The notes under the pieces: generated by a model
The model's database searches: none
What the model was told of the DNA's origin: nothing
The model's input: the letters and a program-made list of their open reading frames with translations, nothing else
Shown: one piece after another, positions 50,844 through 60,591 of the stretch
Position numbering within the stretch: position 1 is the first letter of the stretch
Layout: each line of letters begins with the position of its first letter
Position numbers and translations under genes: made by a program
Assembly: GCA_050253075.1 (NCBI GenBank)
Contig: JBFWJS010000002.1
Span: 576,001-640,000, forward strand
Source of the DNA: Deferribacterales bacterium
Lineage (GTDB): Bacteria > Chrysiogenota > Deferribacteres > Deferribacterales > Geovibrionaceae
DNA length: 64,000 nt
Reading direction: 5' to 3'

Positions 50844-51575
50844 TCACCCGAAACTCTTTACAATTGATGTTACTATCAGTCCCCATCCGTCCACCAGTAC
50901 AAACAGCATGATCTTGAACGGCACCGATATCATTACCGGAGGCAGCATCATCATACCCATGGACAAAAGGACACTCGCTACTACAAAATCTATGATCAAA
51001 AACGGTAAAAACAATAGGAAACCCATCTGAAACGCAGTGGAAAGTTCGCTTACCACAAACGACGACAGGAGAACAAGGTCAGGGATGTCGTCCGCAGTGC
51101 CCGGTCTCTCTGCACCGCTGAGGTTCAGGAATGTGCGCACGTCCTTCTTTCTGGTGTTTGCCAGCATGAACTTACGCAGGGGCTTTTTCGCCTCGGAGAG
51201 CATCTCCTGAAAGGTTATCTTCTCTTCGAAGTAAGGCCCGAGACCGTTATTATACATCTCTGTGAAAACAGGGTTCATAACATAAAAAGTAAGTATAAGC
51301 GCAAGGCTGAGAAGCACCTGTGAAGGGGGCATCTGGGGCGTACCCATAGCCGTACGCAAAAGTGAAAAGACTATGACGATACGGGTGAACGATGTCATCA
51401 GCACGAGGAAGCCTGGGGCTATCGTGATGAAGGTGAGCAGGAGCATTATCTGTATAGTGACAGCGACATCCTGCGGATTGTTCGCCTGCTCCATGCCGAA
51501 TCTGAAAGCGGGGAATGGTATAGGGTCTGCTGCCAGCACCGCCGTGAGAGGGAGCGCAAGCAGGAACAGCACCAT
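50844..51575 (-). CDS. fliP: Flagellar export protein FliP
   Basis: TSFTRIVIV, FQMGF, LSMGMMMLPP, FKIMLFVLVDGW. Confidence 0.97.
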   Translation of the reverse strand: MVLFLLALPLTAVLAADPIPFPAFRFGMEQANNPQDVAVTIQIMLLLTFITIAPGFLVLMTSFTRIVIVFSLLRTAMGTPQMPPSQVLLSLALILTFYVMNPVFTEMYNNGLGPYFEEKITFQEMLSEAKKPLRKFMLANTRKKDVRTFLNLSGAERPGTADDIPDLVLLSSFVVSELSTAFQMGFLLFLPFLIIDFVVASVLLSMGMMMLPPVMISVPFKIMLFVLVDGWGLIVTSIVKSFG

Positions 51576-52357
51576 CAGCGTTTTCTTAATGACTCTAACC
51601 TCTCGTTTATCGTTCCGCGTGAAATCTCGACCTCGTCTTTTATGCTTGGTGATTTCTTAAAGAAATTCATATAGGTAGCGAAGTCGTTCTTTTTATTCAG
51701 GCCGTTTTTTATACGTCCGACCTCGTCTTCGTTCGATATCTTATCTATCAGCGTCATAGATGTGTCTGTGACACCTATGATGTATATTGTCTCGTCTATC
51801 TCGTAGAAATACAGGCTCTTGCGGATGTCAAGGTCTGCCTTGCCCAGCAGTCTGCCAGTACCGGGGATGTCTGTGTTCACCTGCTTTTTAAAGAAGGATT
51901 TCAGCAGCCAGAAGACTATCATCATAATAGCAAGTATGATGAGCAGTCCCCAGACCATCCTTGCGTATGCTTTTTTGCCTACTACGGGGTTTTCTATCGT
52001 CCCCTTAGGGAAAGGGAATGTGATCTTTAAAAGACCTTCCTGAGAGATGACCTCAGGCACTATGACGCCTGTGTCGAACTCTGCTATCAGCCTTTTACGT
52101 GTGCCGTCTGTGGTGGTATAGATGGATGTGACGGGCATATCCCAGAAGGACTGTTTGAAATCTATCTCTTCGACAGTCTCAAAGCTGACGACATAGCTTG
52201 AGTCGAGCTTCAGCGTCGTAACGTTTGAGTAGCCTTTGTCAAAGTTGATCCTTACCATCAGGTTCGACTGATCCACGTCATACATCACACTCGCCGCATA
52301 AGCGGGAATGGATGCGAGGAACAGTAAAAGAACCAGAAATCTAGCGGTACATGCCAT
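51575..52357 (-). CDS. fliO: FliO-like flagellar protein with N-terminal periplasmic extension (start taken as ATG 52357)
   Basis: Between fliN and fliP; internal TM then FliO-like YIIGVTDTSMTLIDKI; signal-like N-terminus. Confidence 0.7.
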   Translation of the reverse strand: MACTARFLVLLLFLASIPAYAASVMYDVDQSNLMVRINFDKGYSNVTTLKLDSSYVVSFETVEEIDFKQSFWDMPVTSIYTTTDGTRKRLIAEFDTGVIVPEVISQEGLLKITFPFPKGTIENPVVGKKAYARMVWGLLIILAIMMIVFWLLKSFFKKQVNTDIPGTGRLLGKADLDIRKSLYFYEIDETIYIIGVTDTSMTLIDKISNEDEVGRIKNGLNKKNDFATYMNFFKKSPSIKDEVEISRGTINERLESLRKR

Positions 52358-52628
52358 TTTTATACATCTCTGTGAGGTCTTCTTTCTCGAGTATTTCCGT
52401 GATACGAATAGCAAAGTGCTCGTCGAGAACCATAATCTCCCCGAGTGCGAGAGGCTTGCCGTTTACAAGGAAATCCACGGGCTCACCGGATGTTTTGGTA
52501 AACTTTAGGATGGTGCCCTTTTCCCAGTTGAGCAGTTCGCGCACCTTGACCAGCTTGCGCCCAAGCTCAACATCGATATTAAAAAGAACTTCGCCAAATT
52601 CGTTTTTGGCAAGCTCCACTTCTTTCAT
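52341..52628 (-). CDS. fliN: FliN/FliM C-terminal (SpoA) domain protein
   Basis: IDVELGR, GEPVDFLVNGKPLALGEI, FAIRI. Confidence 0.85.
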   Translation of the reverse strand: MKEVELAKNEFGEVLFNIDVELGRKLVKVRELLNWEKGTILKFTKTSGEPVDFLVNGKPLALGEIMVLDEHFAIRITEILEKEDLTEMYKNGMYR

Positions 52629-52640
52629 TCAAAAAACCCC

Positions 52641-53174
52641 TTACTGAGCGACAAACTCAGTGAAATATATGTTCACAATGGTTCCTTCCGTTATGAGGCT
52701 GTTGAGCCTGCGCAGAAGTTCCTGTTTAAGTATCAGCTTGCCCTGTGCGGAGCTGACCTCTTCGTATCTTTTGGATGCGAGGACAGTAAGAATGGCGTCT
52801 CTGAGCTGCGGTTTACGCAGGTCGAGTGCTTCGGCGAACTTCTTAGTTTCGTCCAGCTCCAGCTGGAGTGTAACACGCAGGTATCTTGTACCGCCGGTGT
52901 CTGCCATGTTCACGATGAAGTTTTCGAGAGGATACAGCGGTCCTATACCGCCCCCTTCTTTCACTTCTTTCTTAGGTGCTGCGGCCTGTTTTTTCGCAGG
53001 CTGTGTCTCTGCCGTGTCTGTCGGTTTAGGTTTAAGGAACATCATGTATGCAGCCCCGCCAAGTACCCCAAGTATGATAAGGAGGAGCAGTATGATAATG
53101 ATGAGCTTTAAAGCGCCACCTTTCTTTTTCTTCCCACCTTCGGATTCGTCGGCTACATTTTCTTCGTCTGCCAT
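52641..53174 (-). CDS. fliL: Flagellar basal body-associated protein FliL
   Basis: KKKK plus TM, FIVNMAD, RYL, LRDAIL, IYFTEFVAQ. Confidence 0.95.
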   Translation of the reverse strand: MADEENVADESEGGKKKKGGALKLIIIILLLLIILGVLGGAAYMMFLKPKPTDTAETQPAKKQAAAPKKEVKEGGGIGPLYPLENFIVNMADTGGTRYLRVTLQLELDETKKFAEALDLRKPQLRDAILTVLASKRYEEVSSAQGKLILKQELLRRLNSLITEGTIVNIYFTEFVAQ

Positions 53175-53923
53175 TATTCCTCTCCTTCACCCTCTTCGTC
53201 GAAAAGCTGTTTATTTGATTCGGCAAATTCAGGACTAATAAAGTTGACCTCTACTCGCCTATTCTTCTCTCTGCTGGCTGCGCTGATGTTCGGTGTTACG
53301 GGATGGTTCTCAGCATAGCCCGAAGCGGAAAGCCTCTGCGGGCTCACCTCTTTGCTCATAAAATATTTTACCACGGAAACGGCTCTCGCAGTGGAGAGCT
53401 CCCAGTTAGACGGGTATAAAGCCGTGCTGATAGGGATGTCGTCCGTGTGTCCTTCAACCATGATGTTGAAAGGCGATTCTTCTATAACAGCCGCCAGCTT
53501 GTCCAGCAGGGGCTTCGCCTGATCGAGTATCTCTGCACTGCCAGGCTGAAAAAGCATTTTATCAAGTATGCGTACGGATACGCCTTTTTTAGTCTCTGCG
53601 ATGGTAACCACCTGAGACATCTGTGCGCTTTTGACATATTCCTTGAGGCTCTTTGTCACCTTTTTCTGTACGGAACGCACGTTCTGCACGAAGGAAAGGC
53701 GGGACATGATGTCCTCCTGCGTCATCTCTGTTTTGTTACCCTCTTTCAAAACACCGAGGGAACCCTGCAGAGATCCAAGAGCGACCTTGATCTTCCTCTT
53801 ATCCATAGAGGCCATAGAGAGGAGCAGAATAAAGAATGTCATAAGGAGTGTAGCCATGTCACTGAAGGTACTCATCCACATGGGAGCACCGGGCTTACAA
53901 TCCTCGCACTTTTTTTTACCCAT
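53174..53923 (-). CDS. motB: Flagellar stator protein MotB
   Basis: WMSTFSDMATLLMTFFILL; OmpA-like EGHTDD, NWELSTARA, NRRVE. Confidence 0.95.
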   Translation of the reverse strand: MGKKKCEDCKPGAPMWMSTFSDMATLLMTFFILLLSMASMDKRKIKVALGSLQGSLGVLKEGNKTEMTQEDIMSRLSFVQNVRSVQKKVTKSLKEYVKSAQMSQVVTIAETKKGVSVRILDKMLFQPGSAEILDQAKPLLDKLAAVIEESPFNIMVEGHTDDIPISTALYPSNWELSTARAVSVVKYFMSKEVSPQRLSASGYAENHPVTPNISAASREKNRRVEVNFISPEFAESNKQLFDEEGEGEE

Positions 53924-53979
53924 AATTACCTGTTATTTATACACAGAGCAGATGCGTATGATCTGCTTTATATATGCTG

Positions 53980-54744
53980 TTAGTCAAACTGGGACTTACG
54001 CTGGCTCGGCGGCAGATACGCATTGAGCTTCTGCTCGACGATACGCGGGTTGTCGCCTGCCTGAATAGCCATGATACCGCCTATCATGATCTCTCTGATA
54101 AGCTGTTCCTTAGCTGAATAGCCCTCGATCTTAACCTTATAAGGACCTGCGAAAAGGTTCGCCATCATAGCACCGTACATGGTTGTAAGGAGCGCAACAG
54201 CCATCGCAGGACCGATCGTACTGGGGTCTTCCATAGACTGGAGCATCGCAACGAGACCGATCAGCGTACCGATCATACCCATCGCAGGGGCGAATCCTTC
54301 CATAGAGCCGAGCACGTTTGCGCCTATTTTATGCCTTGCGGCCATGTATTCGAGCTCTGTTTCGAGAATATTTTTGATGACCTCGGGCTCTGTACCGTCC
54401 ACGGCGAGCCTGATGCCTTTTTTGAGAAATTCGTCGTTAACTTCGTCTTCGGCAGATTCCAGAGAGAGGATACCGTCTCTACGAGCCTTCACAGCGAACT
54501 CTACGAGCTGGCTGATAAGGTTTGCAGGATCGTCGAGAGGGTACTTCAGCGTTTTCATCGTGTACTTCATGATACCCAGGGCTCTGTCCATAGGGTAAGC
54601 CATGAAGATAATGGCAAATGTACCTGCCACAACGATGAGGACAGACGGAATGTCGATATAAGGGCCGACACCTGCTCCCATAAGCATCGCTGCAACAATG
54701 AGAACATAAGCCAGTACTGTACCTATAAGGGTTGCGATATCCAT
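53980..54744 (-). CDS. motA: Flagellar stator protein MotA
   Basis: ARRDGILSLE, APAMGMIGTLIGL, AVALLTTMYG, GDNPR. Confidence 0.95.
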   Translation of the reverse strand: MDIATLIGTVLAYVLIVAAMLMGAGVGPYIDIPSVLIVVAGTFAIIFMAYPMDRALGIMKYTMKTLKYPLDDPANLISQLVEFAVKARRDGILSLESAEDEVNDEFLKKGIRLAVDGTEPEVIKNILETELEYMAARHKIGANVLGSMEGFAPAMGMIGTLIGLVAMLQSMEDPSTIGPAMAVALLTTMYGAMMANLFAGPYKVKIEGYSAKEQLIREIMIGGIMAIQAGDNPRIVEQKLNAYLPPSQRKSQFD

Positions 54745-54898
54745 AGGCTCTCCACATTTAGTCTATACCGAAAGGGCACATGCCTCTCAGCGGATTAATA
54801 CAATGATATTGTATAACTTTTCACTATAAAGATACAGGAGTAAGCCCGCATCAGTCAACAGAAATAATGGTTTTATATATATGACAGAAAACAGGAAT

Positions 54899-54929
54899 AA
54901 AAAAGCCGCAGCGTTTTAACTGCGGCTTT
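54899..54929 (-). terminator. Intrinsic terminator after flgE
   Basis: AAAGCCGCAG/CTGCGGCTTT stem with T tail on the minus strand. Confidence 0.8.
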
Positions 54930-54953
54930 GACGTTTAGAATTGTGATTACCGA

Positions 54954-57443
54954 TTAACGTTTCAGGCTCATAAGCTCCTGAAGCATTTCATCTGATGTCG
55001 TAATGACCCTTGAGTTCGCCTGGAAGCCCCTCTGGGTAGTGATCATATTTACAAACTGACTTGAAAGGTCAACGTTTGAGTTTTCAAGTGTACTGGATGC
55101 TATCTCACCGCGGAAACCTGTTCCCGGTTTACCGATGGATGCATCACCGGAGTTCGATGAATCCTGGAATGTTGTATCACCGACTTTGATAAGACCGCCC
55201 GGGTTTGTGAATGTGGCAGTGGCTATCTGTGCGATGGTAGCAACCTGTCCGTTAGTATAGTAGCCGATGATCTCACCTGCGGTGTTGAAGAGTGTCGACT
55301 CCAGAAGTCCTGTCGAGTATCCGTCCTGAGAAGAGCTGTTGATACCGCCCTCATCAGCAGAGATGTATATACCGTCGAAGCTGCCCGCTGTACCAAGCCC
55401 CATTTCTATATCACTTACGACGCCTGCACCTGAGCCTGTGTCATAGTTCATAGAAAGGCTTGCGATACGCTGTCCGCCCTCTGTGGACAGATAGTTGAAC
55501 GAACCGTCAGCGTTAAAGTGCATAAACACAGTGTTGCCTGTTGTCTCGTTGAAAGAAACGCTGGCACCGTCGTCGGGAGTAGACATAGTCAGCTTCCATA
55601 CGTTATCCATAGAGTCTTCCAGTTCAAATCTGTACTGAAGAGTGTGTGGATTACCCTGAGCATCAAAGATGGTCTGGGATGTCGTAAGCGAACCGCCGCT
55701 GGCAGTCTGTACTGTATCATATTCGTAGTAGTCATAGAATGTGTCGTATGTGCCTGCTCCTACAACTTCGAATTTAACATAGTCGATCTCGTTGCTCTCG
55801 CCCTTCTCGCCTGTTATCTGGAGCTTACCTGAGTTCTGGTCGAAGCTCGCTATGTGCTGAAGCACATCTTCGTCTGTGGCAGAGTCATAGCCGAGGTATG
55901 AAGCTATCGCCACACGGAGATCATCGAGTGTAGATGTCGCCGCAGGGATAGTAGCCACACCGGGGAGCTCAGAACCCGCTACGGAGGCGGAGAACTGTAT
56001 GATGGCAGTAGGGTCGAGGCCGAGACTGTTACCCGAACTGGTGAAAAGCTCTGTAAGCGGGTCGTCGTCCTGTGCCGTACGCAGGAATGTGTTACTGTTT
56101 CCGGTGTCTGTTGCACCGAATGCAGCCTGAATGACCATACCTGAAGGTACGATGTTATTTTCGAAAACTGTACCGCTGTATGACTTATCCAGAGAGAATC
56201 CTGAAAGTCTGAGCGTACCGTTTGCGGAGTTTGTGTTGTTGTCTATCTCATATGCGAACTGACCTGTTACGCTGTCGTATGTGACGTTGAAGTCGTCAGT
56301 CGGGAGAACGTTACCGTCGATAACCTCTTCGATAGCCACAGCCAGCTCAGTCATTGTGCTGAAGTCTCTGCCTGCGTATATCTGGCTTTCGAAGTACATC
56401 TCGTCACTGGACTTTGTATCACTTATGTCGTCATAAACAGATGCGAGGTCAGAGAGAGCAACCGCAAGGAGCGGTGTACCGCTGAAGGAGTCGATGGATA
56501 CGTCTATACCCGCAACGCCTGTTCTCTCTACTTTTATAGTGCCGTCAGTGACATAAACGCTGAAGTCGGCAGCACCTGCCGCTGTGTTCAGCTCTGTTTC
56601 AAGAGCATTTGCGAGACCGCCCATAGTCGTATAGTCCGCACCGTACTCTATTGTCACAGGGTTAGAGTTTATATATACGAGAAGCTGAGTATCTTCAGGC
56701 AGGTCCATGTTTACGTCTGATGTGTTGTAAACATAGCCCATGTCTGTCATAGCAGCAGCGTGAGCCTTGACCTTTATCGCTTCGTTATCTGCGAGGTCCA
56801 TGTTTGCGCCGTCGTCGCTATAAACTTCGAAGATGCTGTCGCCTGTATCAGCATAGTGGAGCAGCGATGGATACTCAAGGATAGAAGGGTCTGCCTCTGT
56901 ATCGAGGACACCTGCTATCTCAACCTCTGTGGTTGCCTGAGCCTGTGCTGTCTGGTATGCGGATGTCAGTACGATATCCTGTGTTGTACCTTCTGTTAAG
57001 AGTTCGCCTGTCTCAGGGTCTACCATCCATCCCTGAACATAAAGTCCGGATGTGGTGGTAAGTGCACCGCTGGCGTCAAAGCCGAAGTCCCCTGCTCTGG
57101 TATAGAGGAAGTCGTCTTCGGAATCCGCACGGAGAACGAAGAAACCTTCACCCTGAATAGCAAGGTCGGTGTTTACAGATGTACTCTGCATTGTACCTGT
57201 TTCAAATATTGTATCCACACCGGCAAGGCTCGTACCCAGACCGACCTGAGTAGAGTTTGTACCGCCTCGGGTACCTGACGGAGCAGTTGAGCCGACGATA
57301 GTCTGGCTGAGAAGATCTTCGAAGACCGCCCTTCCCGACTTATAACCGACTGTGTTCACGTTTGAAATGTTGTTACCCAGTACGTCCATCGCCTGCTGGT
57401 TTACACCCAGACCGCTGATGGCTGAATAAAGTGACCGCATCAT
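54954..57443 (-). CDS. flgE: Flagellar hook protein FlgE, long form (about 829 aa)
   Basis: MMRSLYSAISGL, GNNISNVNTVGYK, DLAIQGEGFF, YTRAG, LENSNVDLS, QRGFQANSR; follows flgD. Confidence 0.95.
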   Translation of the reverse strand: MMRSLYSAISGLGVNQQAMDVLGNNISNVNTVGYKSGRAVFEDLLSQTIVGSTAPSGTRGGTNSTQVGLGTSLAGVDTIFETGTMQSTSVNTDLAIQGEGFFVLRADSEDDFLYTRAGDFGFDASGALTTTSGLYVQGWMVDPETGELLTEGTTQDIVLTSAYQTAQAQATTEVEIAGVLDTEADPSILEYPSLLHYADTGDSIFEVYSDDGANMDLADNEAIKVKAHAAAMTDMGYVYNTSDVNMDLPEDTQLLVYINSNPVTIEYGADYTTMGGLANALETELNTAAGAADFSVYVTDGTIKVERTGVAGIDVSIDSFSGTPLLAVALSDLASVYDDISDTKSSDEMYFESQIYAGRDFSTMTELAVAIEEVIDGNVLPTDDFNVTYDSVTGQFAYEIDNNTNSANGTLRLSGFSLDKSYSGTVFENNIVPSGMVIQAAFGATDTGNSNTFLRTAQDDDPLTELFTSSGNSLGLDPTAIIQFSASVAGSELPGVATIPAATSTLDDLRVAIASYLGYDSATDEDVLQHIASFDQNSGKLQITGEKGESNEIDYVKFEVVGAGTYDTFYDYYEYDTVQTASGGSLTTSQTIFDAQGNPHTLQYRFELEDSMDNVWKLTMSTPDDGASVSFNETTGNTVFMHFNADGSFNYLSTEGGQRIASLSMNYDTGSGAGVVSDIEMGLGTAGSFDGIYISADEGGINSSSQDGYSTGLLESTLFNTAGEIIGYYTNGQVATIAQIATATFTNPGGLIKVGDTTFQDSSNSGDASIGKPGTGFRGEIASSTLENSNVDLSSQFVNMITTQRGFQANSRVITTSDEMLQELMSLKR

Positions 57444-57444
57444 C

Positions 57445-58143
57445 TTAAGCACCTCCGAGAGTAGCGTCTCTCACCGATGTTATGTCTTCGGCAGGAATGT
57501 CGCTGCCGTCTACTTCGTATACAAGTGAACCGTCAACAGTCTTAACGCCTGTTACCAGTCCGTTTCCGTATGTCTGAACATCTATCTCAGCACCGTCTGT
57601 GTCGTATGCGATAACTGAGAAGCTGTATTTACCGTTCTGTACTGTATTTCCGTCCTGATCAGTTCCGTTCCAGTAGAATGTCTGCATGTCTGTGTCTGTT
57701 ACAGACGGCTGGAATGTCCTGATGATCTTACCGTCAGAATCTTTGATAGATACTATTGTTTTAAAAGGAACTTCGTCTGTTTCGAAAGACACGGCAGCGG
57801 CTCCGTCAGAGAGATAAGTATTATTACCCTCGAACTCCACCAGCTTGCCTATGTATCCTGAAGCGGACATCATGAGCTCCTGAGCGTTAACCGCAGCAGA
57901 TCCGTTTGCTATGGTCTCTATGTTCTCCTCGATGCTGGTGAGCAGCTCCACCTGTGTGAATGTCGCTGTCTGCTCCATCATCGCAGAGTCGTCCATAGGG
58001 TCTGTCGGGTCCTGGTTCTGAAGCTGTGTAACAAACAGGTTAAGGAAATCTGTTTGCGACAGCTCGCCCTGATTATTATCGTAATCGATCTTGTCAGAGC
58101 TGTATGTTGTAGTGTTTACTGCTGTTGAACTTGATATTTGCAT
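57445..58143 (-). CDS. flgD: Flagellar hook capping protein FlgD
   Basis: FLNLFVTQLQNQDPTDPMD; FlgD-Ig WNGTDQDG...GKY. Confidence 0.95.
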   Translation of the reverse strand: MQISSSTAVNTTTYSSDKIDYDNNQGELSQTDFLNLFVTQLQNQDPTDPMDDSAMMEQTATFTQVELLTSIEENIETIANGSAAVNAQELMMSASGYIGKLVEFEGNNTYLSDGAAAVSFETDEVPFKTIVSIKDSDGKIIRTFQPSVTDTDMQTFYWNGTDQDGNTVQNGKYSFSVIAYDTDGAEIDVQTYGNGLVTGVKTVDGSLVYEVDGSDIPAEDITSVRDATLGGA

Positions 58144-58166
58144 TTTATACCTCCGGCATCGACCTA

Positions 58167-59333
58167 TCAGGCGTAAATACCGTTATCCTCCTCTGATGTT
58201 TCCTCGTCGGACTCGTCAGAAAGGAGACCTGCTCCATTCGCACTTCCGCTTTTCTTACCTTCTTTCCCTTCCCATCCGGCAAATTCATGCTGTTCGAAAT
58301 CTTTGAAGACGAACTCAAGGTTCTCTACAATGATCCCTTTGTCTGCAAGCTGCTGACGGAGAGCTTCAGAGTTAGAGGTAAAAAGGTGCTTGGCGGCATC
58401 GGACTCAAAGGTTATCTTCCCTGAAATCTTACCTGCCTGCTCAGTCAGCTCAATGTTGACTTTACCGAGCTCCTGCGGAGTAAGCTGAACTGTCAGCTTA
58501 TTTGCTTTCTGACCTTTTGCCAGTTCCATAAGCTCCGCGAACTTCATTATGTCCTTAGGACTCTCTATTTTTATCTCAGTGGTGATGACCTTTTCTGTGG
58601 TTTCGGATTTGATTGTGAATCCGCTCTCAGAAGTTTCTGTGGTCACTTTTTCCGTTTTCTGTCCTTTTGCTGCTTCGGCCAGCTCAGCTATCTTCTGCTT
58701 CATATCAGCGGAGAGCTGCTGTTCTGAGCTTTTCTCCTGAGCGAGGTTTAAGAGCATCTCTCTTTTTGATGTCCCCTCGTCACCTTCTGCTGAAGCCTGT
58801 GCCGCTGCGTCTGTGGCGGTTGTAGCTGTTGTCTCATTCTTTACCAGAGTGAGCTGTGGCTGAGTATTTGTCTGAGCCTGAATAGCGGCTATCTGGTCCA
58901 GAGCCTGTTCCAGGATCATAGTGTCCTGCTCGGTCTGGGTGCCTTCTCCGCCGAGAACGCTCAGTGCAAGTTGTGTTAAAACGTCCTCTGACTCATCCTG
59001 TGCCGCGATCATCAGCTCGTCTATGAAAGCAGAAACATCTTCTTCGGTCTCTGCCTCAGCAAGCATACGCTTAAGCTCCGCCTTCTGCTCCTCGGGAATA
59101 TCTAGGTTATCTATTACTTCCTCAGGCGTTTCGGGTTCTTCCGCTTTAACGCTCTTCTGATCTTGTGCCGCAGATGTGTCTTTGGTTTTCAGTGTCTGTG
59201 CGTCGTCTCCGGAACGGTCAAGGTACTTTTTGAATACGTCTTCAAACTGTCCCTGTCCTGTATCCGCAGCTGCTTTAGGCATTTCTACGTTTACCTGTGC
59301 ACTGAAAAGATTAAGGATGGAAATATTCTCCAT
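58167..59333 (-). CDS. fliK: Flagellar hook-length control protein FliK
   Basis: C-terminal QLTPQELGKVNI...LRQQLADKGI; low-complexity N-terminus; upstream of flgD. Confidence 0.88.
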   Translation of the reverse strand: MENISILNLFSAQVNVEMPKAAADTGQGQFEDVFKKYLDRSGDDAQTLKTKDTSAAQDQKSVKAEEPETPEEVIDNLDIPEEQKAELKRMLAEAETEEDVSAFIDELMIAAQDESEDVLTQLALSVLGGEGTQTEQDTMILEQALDQIAAIQAQTNTQPQLTLVKNETTATTATDAAAQASAEGDEGTSKREMLLNLAQEKSSEQQLSADMKQKIAELAEAAKGQKTEKVTTETSESGFTIKSETTEKVITTEIKIESPKDIMKFAELMELAKGQKANKLTVQLTPQELGKVNIELTEQAGKISGKITFESDAAKHLFTSNSEALRQQLADKGIIVENLEFVFKDFEQHEFAGWEGKEGKKSGSANGAGLLSDESDEETSEEDNGIYA

Positions 59334-59356
59334 ATAGACACCTCCGCATCTATAGT

Positions 59357-59372
59357 AGAAAATCGTGTGCCA
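59357..59372 (-). promoter_or_regulatory. Possible sigma54 promoter of fliK-flgD-flgE (variant -12)
   Basis: TGGCACACGATTTTCT: perfect -24, TTTC instead of TTGC at -12; 24 nt before the ATG. Confidence 0.45.
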
Positions 59373-59430
59373 TTTTTCTGAAAAATAAAAAAGTAAGGAT
59401 TATCTAAAGTTTTAGAACTGAATGCCGATA

Positions 59431-60591
59431 CTAGGAGGCAGTTTTTTCCTGAGCTATTTTTTCCATGAAGGAAGATATTTCCTCAGCCGCATTCACAGAG
59501 GCATCCGTGTCGGGGAAGAACTCTCCTACCTCTCTCAGCCCCTCTTTCACCTGAGCATATTCTTCGAAAACTTTTTCGGTATATTTCAGCAGGTTGAATG
59601 ATGTGCAGTCGCTCTGGACGAGCTCGGGTATCACGGGTTTGTTCAGCACTATGTTCGGCATGCCGATGTATTTCAGCCTGTAGACCATGCGCCCGATGTT
59701 ATACGTCAGGAATCCCGTCTTATACATAAGTATCAGCGGGGTGCCGACGATGGCTGCCTCCAGCGTAGCAGTGCCCGAGCATACCCACAGCAGGTCGCTG
59801 TGCTTCATTATGTCGTGGGTCAGCCCCGTGGCAAAGCGTATACGGGTTCCTTTTATCTTGTCTTTTATGTATTCCTCGTCCACGCCGTCTGCGGCTCCGA
59901 GGACAAATTCATAATCAGGCAGTGCAATGGCCGTGTTTATCATGATAGGGAGCAGTGCCTCTATCTCACGCTTTCTGCTGCCGGGGAGCATTCCTATCAC
60001 TTTCGCATCGGGTGCGAATTTCCCTTTATCCAGAAACTCGGCCTTGTCTGCACATTTATAAACTATCCCCTCACGCACGGGGTTTCCGATGTATTTCGCA
60101 TTTACCCCTTCCTTGATGAGTATCTCCTCTTCGAAAGGATATATGCATAGCACAAGGTCGCAGAACTCACGCAGTTTATTCACACGCTTATAGTTCCACG
60201 CCCAGAATGTAGGCGAGATAAAGAATATTACAGGTAATCCCAGCTTCTTCACCTCTTTGGCAAAGCGCAGGTTAAACCCCGGGTAATCGACGAGGATTAC
60301 GGCATCAGGTCTGTCCGCCTGAAGCTCTTCCACCAGCTTATCACGCACCTTGAAGAGGAAGCGGAGCTTCTTTATCGCTTCGTCCAGCCCTATAACACTG
60401 AGGTCGTTTATATCGAAAAACTGCTTCTGTCCGTGCGCCTTAAGGTCTGGACCGCCAGTGCCCGAAAGGGTAAGGTCGAACCTCTCCTTAAGAGCGGATA
60501 CCAGAGCAGATGCATGGGCATCGCCTGATTTCTCCGCAGCCATGATGAACAGTTTAAGTTCTTTCAAGCTGTCACCTGTAGAAAACGACAA
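59431..60591 (-). CDS. lpxB: Lipid-A-disaccharide synthase
   Basis: AEKSGD, VDYPGFN, SPTFWAW, YPFE, LPGSRKRE, SGTATLE, MPNI. Confidence 0.95.
   Translation of the reverse strand: MSFSTGDSLKELKLFIMAAEKSGDAHASALVSALKERFDLTLSGTGGPDLKAHGQKQFFDINDLSVIGLDEAIKKLRFLFKVRDKLVEELQADRPDAVILVDYPGFNLRFAKEVKKLGLPVIFFISPTFWAWNYKRVNKLREFCDLVLCIYPFEEEILIKEGVNAKYIGNPVREGIVYKCADKAEFLDKGKFAPDAKVIGMLPGSRKREIEALLPIMINTAIALPDYEFVLGAADGVDEEYIKDKIKGTRIRFATGLTHDIMKHSDLLWVCSGTATLEAAIVGTPLILMYKTGFLTYNIGRMVYRLKYIGMPNIVLNKPVIPELVQSDCTSFNLLKYTEKVFEEYAQVKEGLREVGEFFPDTDASVNAAEEISSFMEKIAQEKTAS

Noticed and set aside
54745..54898. c-di-GMP riboswitch or sigma28 promoter upstream of motA
   Set aside because: No GEMM-type consensus and no convincing TAAA-N15-GCCGATAA
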